In this document: one piece after another, positions 11,868 to 23,400 of the stretch | Numbering within the stretch: position 1 is the stretch's first letter | Layout: every line of letters starts with the position of its first letter | Program-made: the position numbers and the translations under genes | Notes under the pieces: model-generated | The model's input: only the letters and a program-made list of their open reading frames with translations | What the model was told of the DNA's origin: nothing | The model's database searches: none | DNA from: Antedon mediterranea | Taxonomy: Eukaryota; Animalia; Echinodermata | DNA length: 64,000 bases | Direction of reading: 5' to 3' | NCBI RefSeq assembly: GCF_964355755.1 | Contig: NC_092670.1 | Span: 14,618,795 to 14,682,794, forward strand

Positions 11868-12687
11868 TTTGTAAAAATCTAAACATTAACAATAAACCTC
11901 ACAATATTAATTTTTGCTCTTAATTGTTTTATTTATCAATTACCCCTTCTTTATGACTGGATTAAATGTTTGTGGTACTGCTATTCAAAATGGTCCGGTT
12001 AAGAGATTAAACGTAATTGAAGTAAAGGAAAGTTAAAATAAAAATAAATATAGGCCTACCTAAAATGAAAAATGTACATAATATTTATACAAAGTTTACA
12101 AGTTAATTTCTAAACGAAAAGTAGATAAACCACGTATATACATAAAAATAGCAAGTCAGCACTTTACAGATTATTCTAAAAATTCTAAAATTAAATTATT
12201 ATTCAAAACAATTGTAAACCCACCTTCGGGAGTAAACACTAACTATTGTTTATGAAGATCCCTCCGGCCCGGCACGTAGTCCGTTACACTCGCGTCAAGT
12301 TTGAACGAATGAATGTTAATGGACAGTAACGCGCTATAATACGAAATGGCGCTTGTTTCCTTTTTTATCTCAAACCATACCCGAAAAGGATCAGACACTA
12401 ACTGTTTTGTTTGTAAGCAATAACCCAAGTGATTAAAGAGTATCATCCGTATTCATGAAATCCAAAGGAATCATTCATTTGGAAAATCTCAAGGTGTTGC
12501 GATATTGTAACGGATTGTGTAGATGATATTTTTATAGTTATCAGACGCATGGGTGCATTTTGCTTGACCTTGGATATCTATTGCATGCAGGAGCATGCAC
12601 CACATAAACTGCCCGAATAAAGCTGGGCAAAAACACTATCGCATTATTATGCTATTTCCACACCCCCCCCCCCCCCCCACCCCCACC

Positions 12688-12718
<31 letters not shown>

Positions 12719-13379
12719 ACACGTATTTTTATAGTTGAAACAAATCCTTATTTGAGATTTATATGAAATCGAGATCAATTCTATTTGATTGGGTCATAAT
12801 ATTGCGACGAAAACTTCAGAGGCTTTCGATCAATATGATAGCAGCTTTGTTTTAGATACAAGCAATTGTTGCAATCCAGTTACTAATTGATGAATTTAGG
12901 TTACTAGAAAGGTGTGAAAAAAATCATACATTTACTTTACAAACAATTTTTTTTATTACAATTTTATATTTAAAAAAATGACAATTCCATTTTCATCTAA
13001 GGAATGTTTTTAAAGAAAATTCGTATTGGTTTATCCAGGTGACTAGTAGTAGTAACTACTACAATTGCAATGATATTGATTTTTTAAATGTCAAAGCAAT
13101 TTCTGTTTTCAGTAGTAGTACGGTATGTTAACAAAAAATAAGCACCATTTTGAGTCTGTCCTCAGCATTTGGACAATTTTCCCACACATTGATAATCTAC
13201 GTGACACAAAAAATACATGTATCAACAATTCAAGATTCAAGAAATGTTATTGGTTTTGCTTGATATAATTAAGACAATAAAACAACTAAGCAAAAATACA
13301 TCAAATCGCAAATGGCAATGTTAAAATACTATTAAAATGTTAGAATACTGTTTAAAAAAACTATTAAAAATAAGCACCA

Positions 13380-14700
13380 TACAAAAATACATTATCTCTA
13401 ATATATTCTGATGATTTAAGAAATATGATCATTAATAATATCTTTCAATAATATAATTCGTGAATCAATCCATGTTTGGATTACAGAGGTTTCTTTTTTA
13501 TTTCCCCACAGTGTTTGATTGTTCATTTCACTTAACTTTAAGGGTTCCTTACAAGTGTGGTATATCATTAGCATAGTTCACTATACTTGTCATACCAAAG
13601 CTGATATCTATTGAGAATAGATATTTTTGTTGAACTAATTTCCATTTTTCTGGATCAGGACTTAATAACCCCTTGACCAAATTTAATTTCAATGATTTAA
13701 TCGTATTGTTAAAATTGGTTAAATTGATGCCGCCATTATTTACAATTAAAAATGATTTGGTTAATTTCATTGATTAATGTTTTGGAATGCCAATAATGCT
13801 GGCATAGGCCTATATTAACCTTGGCATTGCTAATGTTTTTATTACGGTTACTTTAACAAATAAAGTTAGATTTCTTTCCCAAAATTAAATTTTGAGTAGA
13901 GTTTTTTCAAAAAATATTTACCTTTTCAACCAAATTTTTTAATAACATTTTCCCCTGTTATATCGAAAAAAATGCCTAAAAAACATGACTGGTTCTTTTA
14001 CCCGTTGAATTTCGAATGGTTAACTTAAGTTTTCTTTACTTGAACCAATCCACATTCCTGCAACTTTGCAAAAAGAATATACCTCACCTAGACAAGCCTT
14101 TACACTTTTAACATCTCAAAAATAAATGTGTCATCAGCTAATTGTGCAATTTTGATTTCTTGGTACCTATTTACAGTCACTATTGGTACATTTATACCTT
14201 TACACATTGTTTCTAATGTTAGACCATTCAACGGTTGATATAAAAAGAAGTGAAACTGGAGGGATCCTTGTCTAATACCACCATTCATATTAAAACTTTT
14301 TGATAACCAGTCATTATTTATGGTAATAGACTCACTTTTACAATATAAAGTTTTCACCCATTTAATGAAATCCTTACCAAAACCAAATGTTGACAATGAC
14401 TTAATTAAAAATGATCTATCAATTGAATCGAATGCCGTAGCAAATTCCAAAAGAACCTCTTACTTATAATTCTGCTTATCAGTATATTCTAGAATGTCTT
14501 CAACAAGCCAATTCTTTCCAGCAAATATCCCTCTGGCTCATTATTGTAACATACGTGCATGTTGCATTTGTGCGGATAACCTAACTATAGTAAATGACGA
14601 GTTCAAATCATCTAGTTTTATACAAGTTCAATTGGAATCCGATGAATATTTTCCACAAATTCATCAAAATTATTTGGTTTTTACTGTTTGATCCACCACA
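13380..14700 (-). mobile_element. Old, degenerate L1/Tx1 ORF2 (RT) fragment
   Basis: AFDSIDRSFL..FGFG..FIKWVKTLY, GIRQG, IAQLADDT and GGINL motifs in broken frames. Confidence 0.85.
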
Positions 14701-14728
14701 GCATACCGGTACTTCATAGTTGGTACAT

Positions 14729-14790
14729 TCACCAACAGCGATAACCATGATTACAACAATCACACGCGCAAAACCATTGATAAAAGCCAG
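14729..14790 (-). CDS. Candidate terminal exon of the sushi gene, (P)GFYQWFCACDCCNHGYRCW*
   Basis: Acceptor TTTATTACAG; phase 1 matches the preceding sushi exon; Cys-rich peptide followed by TGA. Confidence 0.35.
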
Positions 14791-15783
14791 CTGTAATAAA
14801 GAAAAATTCTGAATTCACATGTGTAAATGTTTTCAAGGCAAAAGAGTGTGTGAACAGGGGTAACCATCTATGTACGGGCAAGCAATGTAGGCCTACACAT
14901 TACCGGTAGTAGAATTTATATTCAGTGTGTTATAGCCATTATCAGAAATGACTTTTCTACTAGAATCACAGAGTGAGTCGGTTGCGACCTATTGTCAATG
15001 AACTTGCAATATAAGTGTTATGTATGTATGATATATATAGCCACAAATGAAAAACCTCACTCTTACATGTAGGATATGATGAGCTGTAGTGTGCCTGGTT
15101 ACAAAATATTACTGTTTCTTCTTCTGGAAATGTAACACCAAAACTATCACAACATGTAGTAATGTTTCCTTCATATTCACCATTTACAACACGGATTTTT
15201 GACGAACATGTCGCTGTAAAGATATGAAAGATACAGTTTAATTTCTATCAAAAGCACGTAGACCTACAATGTGAACTGGGGAAAGGTCACGGATTTAAAA
15301 AGTTTAGGAACATAAGGACAAGTAATTTACATATGACCGGTGATATATTTCTATTCTTTGTTTTATAGTAATTATTATTACTAGATGGTTCTCGAATACA
15401 TAGTACTGTAATTTCAAATGTACGTACCGCAGGAAAATAATACATGTTGTTTACAGGAACGAATAAATAGACACGGTGATTTATGTACTCAACTAAAATT
15501 AGTACCCTCGGAATTACTTCCGAAAGAGAAACTTGTCACATAATTGTTTGAGTCAAATTTAAACAAATTTAATTTGTGTTTTGTATGTATAAATATATCT
15601 CATTTAGTAACGAAATATTAATTGTTTTTATGTTTTACAAATAATATACCACTAAACACAGTAAAACATTGCGACAATACTTTGTTGAAACTGTCACCCT
15701 CATAGTCGATTGAAATAGTACAGTACATGTAACGATGCGATACATCACTACGACGTTTATATATTTTTTTTGTAATTACAGTA

Positions 15784-16971
15784 TCTATATATAAATTTAC
15801 GTAAGGGCAAAATTCGGTAAATCGCGCCTTAATTCTAGAATTTTTACTCGATGGTATATAAAGTTGGTTCGTACTTTCGGTACTGATTTTAACAACCTGA
15901 TGTAACTCTGTTTACTAATTAAATTAAGTTAGATAATTAGTTATTGACGATTAAAACGAATTTAGGTTCAACGATTTGCCCCAAATAGGGGTGTTTTCCG
16001 ATCGTGGTATACACTGTCTAATGGATGTCCATCTTGAAAAATACCCGCCAGAAAAATGCGAGGAGGCTTCGCATTTTCCTATCTCCTCCTACGATAATTG
16101 TTTTTAATAGCTGAAAACCGGTTGAACAGCTAGAGTACAGCATCATAATGTTGAAGACAGGCCGATTTTCTTAAAAAATACTATTTTGATAGATTTAATA
16201 TACGATTATACAAATTATTGATTTGCGATGAATGGAACATCCCAATCTCTCACTCTGCCAGAGTTTGGTTTAACACAAGTAGGTAAATTTATGAGCCCTT
16301 GGTTTAACCATGGAGAAATAAGTTAACTTATTTCTCCATGGTTAAACACATATGGTAGGTAAATATATGGGCCCTTTTAGAATAAACTTGCAATACATTG
16401 ACAATACTGTAAATTAAATACCTATTAACTATTTTTTGTCCTCATTTGAATCGAGCATTTCTTACTGTGAATGTTCGTACTGTTAGATGTAATATAAAAA
16501 TATACAAATAAACTTGATTACTGAGATTGTGGATAGGCTCTACTGTTAGATATACAAATAAACTTTATACTGACAAATGTTATACTGTATTTAGAGGTAT
16601 ATTATTTATAGGCCTATAAAACATGAAAAAAATATTTCGTTACTGAGTGGATAAAGAATATATTTAAAAATTGTTCCTCTTTGTACCTATCCGCTTTCCC
16701 ATCCCTCAACCCTAATGTTACATACAAAACACAAATTCAAAAATTTGGACTCATTTTGTGGTAAGTTTCTCCTTCGGAAGTAATTCCCAGGGTGCTAATT
16801 TTAGTTGACTACATAAATCACAGTGTCTATTTATTCGTTCCTGTAAACGACATGTATTATTGTCCTGCGGTACGTACATTTGAAATCGCCGGTTTTGTTA
16901 CGCTGAAATTACCGTGTATTCGAGAACCATCTGTGGGCACGACCTAGATGGTACGCGAGCGTACCATCTAG
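15784..16971 (+). mobile_element. Non-autonomous Helitron, inner copy nested antisense
   Basis: A|TCTATATATAAAT start; terminal hairpin CTAGATGGTACGC-GA-GCGTACCATCTAG|T. The flanks join into sequence that is uninterrupted at about 1420-1470 and 31300-31350. Confidence 0.85.
16302..16347. other. P-element-type excision footprint (16+16 bp) with 7-bp TSD
   Basis: GTTTAAC-CATGGAGAAATAAGTT|AACTTATTTCTCCATG-GTTAAAC; absent from the homologous copy at about 1675-1695. Confidence 0.8.
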
Positions 16972-18479
16972 TTATTACAATTAAACGTTAAGAAGCAACT
17001 GTCAGTAATAAAGTTTATTTGTATAGTTTATATAAATGTAAAACAATGTGAAAACCACCTCTATTCGGGGCAAATCATAATTCGCTTTAATTGTCAATAA
17101 ATATTAAATGATTTAACTCAACTTAATTAGTTGGCCTAATGGTTTTCAATTGTTTCTTAGAGCCAATTGATATTTCATACTGGTTTCTATCCACCAAAGT
17201 TGTTCGTTTAGGGCATTTGATCCTTCGTACAGTAAGCCTATCCTCTACTGGCTTTACAACGCTACTCATGCCAGTGAGGGGAGGGTGGTGGTGTGGGTGG
17301 TTTAACTGCAATAATACAGTTTTGTAGTAGACGGCGACTGAAAACGCTAGTTCATTAAAAACCTATATCCAACATCTGCAGCACAGATTGAAAAAAATGA
17401 ATCGAATTTCTGTTATGAGTGTACTTGCCTTTACGACGCCTGAGGGAATAGACAATTGTGGAACAGAAATTGGAATGTTCCATTCATCGCAAATCAATAG
17501 GCCTACATTTGTATAAACGTATATTAAATCTATCAAAATAGTATTTTTTTAAGAAAATCGGCATGTCTTCAACATTATGATTCTGTACACGAGCTGTTCA
17601 ACCGGTTTTCAGCTATTAAAAAGCAATTATCGTAGAAGGAGATAGGAAAATGCGAAACATCCTCGTATTATTGTGTGCGGGTATTTTTCAAGATGGACAT
17701 CCATTAGACAGTGTATACCACGATCGGAAATCACCCTTTTTTTGGGCAAATCGTTGAACCAAAATTCGTTTTAATTGTCTGTAACTAATTATCTAACTCA
17801 ATTTAATTAGTAAACAGGGTTACATCAGGTGGTTAAAATCAGTACCGAAAGTACGAACCAACTTTATATACCATCGAGTAAAAATTCCAGAAGTAAGGCG
17901 CGATTTACCGAATTTTTGCCCTTACGTAAATTTATATATAGATTATTAGAGACTTTCTACTACCAAAACAATGTAGTGAATCGGCTGCAAACCCATGTCA
18001 CTTAACGCGCTTTAAGTTATTGTATTTTATATATGGCCACAAATGCGAAACCCACCTTTGCATTCAGGATTTGGTGAGCTGTATTGTCCAGGCATCAAAA
18101 TATTATGTAGAAAAAGACTAAAACCGCCCTAGGCTTTCAGCGTTGGAGAGAAAACGATTTAATAAATTTAAGAGTACAAGGACAAGCAATGTACACATGA
18201 CCGGTGGTAGATTTTCTATTCTATGGTTTATTCATTATCAGAAAAGACTATCTACTACAAGATCCACAGAGTGAGTCGGCTGCGAACCTATGCCAATAAA
18301 CTCGCTCTGTAAGTGTTTGTTTATGTATGGCAATTGTATATTTATATATAACATGCTACCCACGAACGAACCACACGTGCTAAGACTACCTCAGCTGGCC
18401 TAGTAGACACATCGGTTCTCCCTGAAGAATAGACGGAACTGCTTGTATTGGTCTTGACTTTAAAAAATGTTTACAGGAG

Positions 18480-19640
18480 TCCTTTAAATCTGTGCTACAA
18501 TGACAATCTCAAATAAGAGAAGACTTAAGTAAAGCTATTGATTTTAACTCGGAAAGGATTGCAGTTTTTGGATCAAAACATAAGGCCTCATGAATCGAAT
18601 GACAAGGCCCGTGAATCTGATATTCAAAATACGCAGGAACAATTAACGATCTGCCATCTTGAATTAAATAGAGCTGAACATTTTTCTAGACGCAACAACA
18701 TCAGGTTTGTTGGCCTGGAACATTCGCCCGGTGAAAATAGTATCCTGATTGTTAAGAGTATTTTAACTAACACTTTACGCTATCATCTATGCCAATCACC
18801 GAGCGTGCACACCGAGCTGGACGAGGATGAAAGGTAAATCACCTCATATCCATGATGCCCTTATTCTAAATTATCGACGACCTCACGCCAAATGATCTGG
18901 CTGAAAAAAGGAGATGGAAAAATCAAGTTCGATATAGAAGAATGGGGAAAACTACGCTTCTCTGCTGGCAAATGGCGAACATCTAATGGATCTTCATCCT
19001 TCCAAGAACCTGTGCCGAACTAGCTTGTCTTCTGTGTTCTTCAACTCTTAATTATGCAATAATAATGCATGCATTATGGTATTAATTTTATTATAACCAT
19101 TGATGCCGCCAGAAACAGTTACTATCCCCTTTTATTTCTAATCAGAAGTCTTTATAATAAAATAACACTACAATTTTTATTCCCATATGGCATATCTCAT
19201 TTACTAATGTTTAAATTGTACTTTGTATTGCATACCTCCAAAATAATTTCAATTTTTTGAACCAGGAGCTGCACGTTTATTTTTTGGATGGATAACTTGA
19301 TTCTTCCTATGATGCTTCTTAATTATTTCTTTTTTTAAATAATTATTCCGATATTAGTCGGAATATTAGTTTACAGAAACCTTTTTTAATACTGAAAAAA
19401 ACAAATTTGTCTTTGTTTAACATCCCCGGCTATACCCTACTCCATTCTTCTAGAATATCCCAGGCTGGTGGAGGTGTCGCCAAATACCTTGATCATACAC
19501 TTCAATGCATTAATCGACCTGACTTGAGCTCACTTATATCAATGAACTCTGAATCATTTTTTAAAGAAATCAAAGCGGAACCCAAACATATTATCCTTGG
19601 TGTTGTGTATCGTCTACAGGAACATTCACTCAATGTATTT
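18480..19640 (+). mobile_element. Degenerate L2/CR1-group LINE remnant (ORF1 coiled-coil/RRM start plus APE fragment)
   Basis: AEHFSRRNNIRFVGL (ORF1); FNIPGYTL..SR...GGGVA.Y and IILGVVYR (APE). Confidence 0.7.
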
Positions 19641-19819
19641 AATCTTCGATCCTCCTCCTCCTTTCTTTTTATTTGGATATATCGTATTTTGTATCATCTT
19701 TTTTCCAACTTTTTTATTATTTCTTTCTGGGAGCCTAGGCGTTCAGTTTTTAAACTTATACAGGTTTCCACACATACTATGTTTTTTATTAGTTATTATC
19801 AAAAGTGTTTAATATTGAA

Positions 19820-20340
19820 TCTAAAGACTCCCGAATTACCTGTAGCCACCCATTTTTGTAATAATGAGCATTCCCTTTCGGATATTACAATTTCTGGTGT
19901 TAAAGTATGTAATGGTTCTGAGACATCTCGTAGAATTATAGAAGAAAGAATAATTGTAAAGCTTGGCACTCTTGCCCCTACCGGCATAAATGTACAATTT
20001 AGATCCTTTAAACATTAATTTTGCCAGAGACATTCACATATTAACAATTATTTACACCTGAAGCTTTTGTCTTTGTTTTAAATTTCCTGCTTTATAAGCA
20101 ACCATTCCTGCTTTGTACACCATATCTTTTGGAGGCGTGCTTTTATAACTATGCCTTTTGTTTGTTAACATCTTTGATTGGCTGATTTGTTTTATTATGT
20201 AATTTTGTGACTTACATATGTTATCCTTTGTTACAATTCTTTTCACCTGATGATGGGCTATGCCCGAAACATGTCGTTAAAATAAATCTATATTGAGGCA
20301 GTTTTAACTTATTTGATCTTGATTTTTTTCTATATCCTGC
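19820..20340 (+). mobile_element. Penelope-like element 3' end (Neptune-type GIY-YIG C-terminus plus pseudo-LTR)
   Basis: LPVATHF..EHSLSD...RRIIEERII.KLGTLAPTGIN, followed by a UTR containing a hammerhead and AATAAA. Confidence 0.8.
20242..20280 (+). ncRNA. Minimal type I hammerhead ribozyme (PLE-associated)
   Basis: TTCAC-CTGATGA-T-GGGC TAT GCCC-GAAA-CATG-TC-GTTAA: conserved core, stem II, palindromic minimal stem III, GUC cleavage site, and stem I with one mismatch. Confidence 0.85.
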
Positions 20341-20464
20341 CTATGCAGCTCTTTGATTTATATGTTTAATATTGTATGTACTTTTAATATGTACGTGGAG
20401 AACATTTATTGAATATTTATTTATTTATTGAATATTGAATAAACAAATCAATTGTAAAACTTAC

Positions 20465-23400
20465 GTCTACACTCTGCATATGGAAAGCTGTAAAATCCAT
20501 TATAACACGTTATTGTTGATTTTCCTACCAATGTATAACCAACATCACATGTGAATGTAATGGATCCTCCATGAGTATAGCTACCAGAGTACTGACCGTT
20601 TACAATACTGATGGACGATTCACAGTTAGCTGGAGATATCAAGTAATATATTAGGAAGCTTAAAGATGTATTTTCCCCCTGAAAAAATAATTCTTAGAAA
20701 AAGTTTTGTTGAATATTCCATTTTAATGTAACATAATAGTTATCCACTTTGACCAAAAAATTGGATCGAAAAAAAATGTATTACCTGAAAAAATGTAATT
20801 TAAAGAAAACACTGGTCAAATTGGCTGTCAGCAAATGGATTTTTGGTTGAATTTAACCATTTAGTTTGTCATTTTACAAGTGAAAACATTTTTGTTTTCT
20901 ATGTAAGTGATTAACTTTATTAAAACTACAAAATAACATATTAAAAGTCTGATTTATTTAATCTTTATTTTTCATGTTTTTGGGGGACAATACATCTTTA
21001 ATAGTGGGGCACCTTAGACCAAAAATACTATTTAGTTAGAAGAATAAAACTTGGTATGGCAACTTGTATAAAAAATGTGCAACTTTTAAGATTTGACATT
21101 TGACCTCAGATAATGTCCGATTCCTCAGAACTCGCAAACCGTACATCCTAGAACGCCGCTGTCCTAGAAACATGAAAATAATGGCAAGTCCCAACCATGG
21201 TGAGGCTGAGGTAGTAAAGTCCATCAATCCCAAAACACAGTAACTAAAGTACTAGTAATTCTAAAGTAACTGAAGTTATTTGTTCGTATCAGTCGTTTCA
21301 TTTTCTGATAAACTGTGAACACGTACAATATAGTTTATAATAAGTCATCCTGTAATTGGCTATATGGCTGTTGGATGTATGTGAAATAAAATAAAATAAA
21401 AATAATTATTTAGTCTCCTATCAATTAAATTCTTTGACATCTCACTCCCTGTCGAAAATTGCTTGATCTTCCCCACCCACATCTTTTGAAACAGATCTAT
21501 GTCGATGGTAATACTGAGTGTCATGGTCAGTTCAAGTGTTTTTTAAATAACCATGTAGTAGTTTGTGCAGATAATTTGCTTATCCATGGTCTAGAGTATG
21601 ACCACCAGCTACCAAAAACATTTTTGAAATGTAATTAAAATTGTGATATCTTGAATGGTTTGAGCAATTAGCTGCATGGAAAACATTTTACTGTATGTTG
21701 ATTATGGATTGTTAATAATAGCTTCTCAACTTTACTAAACTAAACAGTATTCGACGATTCAAGGACCGATTTGATTTATGTTTTTTATACATTTCTTTTT
21801 TTTTGTTTTAGATTTATTATGAATTTTCATAAATGTGCGTCTGACTACTAGAAGCGCAGCGTTACTTACGCGAGATTATAGTTATAAACGTCTGGTATAT
21901 AAAGTTACGTCAAACATGAAATTACGCGCGCGTTACTTCTGACGGCCGACGGGTAAGGTTGAAGTAACTTACAAAAAGCGTCTTCACGGTGATTACCCAG
22001 GTCTGACAACAAACTACCACGAGGTATAATTACTCCTACTTACTCATAACTTACCAAAAGTAGATTTTATATCAAGGATATGAATATAAATTGCAGGCGC
22101 ACGTTTATAAAATTAAAATCAAAATAGAGCACGTTTAAGGTCATTTTGAGCATTTAAATATGTTCTATATGTGTTGCGCCGCGCGCAAGTTTCTTTGCGC
22201 TCAGCACGTAAGTAAACGTAAAACGACCGATTTGATTTATGTTCTTTTATACAATTTTTTTTTCAATTTATTATGAATTTTCATAAACTTCAAATTCATT
22301 CGAAATTATGATACACGTCAGGACCGTAGCCAGCATGAGGCAAACAAAATTTCCTCTGCATATATCGTCATCTTTTATATTAATAATTATATTTAAATCC
22401 TTGCACGTCAACCTTAAAAATTCGTGCGCTCAAAAATTGGGTCTTAATGTTTTAATGCAAATTTATGTTAAAATATGCCTATTTTGAATATTTTATACCC
22501 AATCTGTATGAAAGGCACCTCATTGTTCCTTTTAAATTTGTTTATCAATTGTTGATTTTTTGTTCTTTTCTTCATAAATCATTACTTCAACAACAGAACG
22601 CATTTCGCTTACACGTAGCTCATTTTTCGTAAATTGTAATTGGTTATGAATATTTTCTTTCGCCATACCACCATTTTCATTTGATGACATTATCGTTTCT
22701 AAAAGTTTGATTAACGTGGCTCACCTATTTTCAAATTGTTTTTTTTTTAATCTGTTATATATAGCTCCTTACAATGAAATGTGACCCTCAAGTCAATCAC
22801 CCATGAGTATAGCTAGCAGAGAACCGACCATTTGCAATACGGATAAATGACGCAAAGTTAGCTATTGGAGAGGACATACGAATGCATTTAGAAGTCGCCA
22901 ATTTAGGTATGGTAAATCAACATTAGTTTTACCATTAATGTAAATATGTATGACTAGAAATAATAATACCCACCTTTGCACTGCGCATATGATGAGCTGT
23001 ATTGTCCATTATCACACGTTATTGTTCTTTCTCCTACCAATGTATAACCAGCATAACATCTGAATGTAATGGATCCTCCATGAGTAAAGCTACCATAATA
23101 CTGACCATTTACAATACTTATAGATGACTCGCAGTTAGCTATGGAGAAAGTTTTATCATATATCATTTTAAATGGCACATAAATGTCAATGGAAAACGTT
23201 TAAGCAATGAACAATGTGCAACTAATATTACAATTCGTTATACGTTTGTCAAGACATTGCATACATACCTCTACACACAGAATATGATGAGCTGTATTGT
23301 CCATTATCACACGTTATTGTTGATTCTCCTACCAACGTATAACCAACATCACATGTGAATGTAATGGATCCTCCGTGAGTAAAGATACCAGAGTACTGGC

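Larger units (their letters stand above)
15381..17942 (-). mobile_element. Non-autonomous Helitron, outer copy
   Basis: The minus strand runs A|TC (17942) to AACCATCTAG|T (15381); inserted at AT with no TSD. Confidence 0.8.
14940..18340. repeat. Degenerate tandem repeat of about 300-430 bp (units at about 14945, 17945 and 18241), split by the Helitron insertion
   Basis: The motif GACT(T/A)TCTACTA...GTGAGTCGG(C/T)TGC recurs in all three units, and the ACATGACCGGTG..TTCTATTC motif in two. Confidence 0.7.

Noticed and set aside
12661-12719. Poly-C/poly-A tract as a G-quadruplex element
   Set aside because: Simple homopolymer, prone to sequencing error, with no supporting context.
15784-17942. 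A single TIR transposon with inverted ends of about 470 bp
   Set aside because: Better explained by two oppositely oriented Helitrons, each with its own TC and CTAG ends; no TSD.
19407-20018. 203-aa APE/GIY-YIG fusion protein
   Set aside because: Chance in-frame juxtaposition of an L2/CR1 fragment, T-rich filler and a PLE fragment; both domains are partial.
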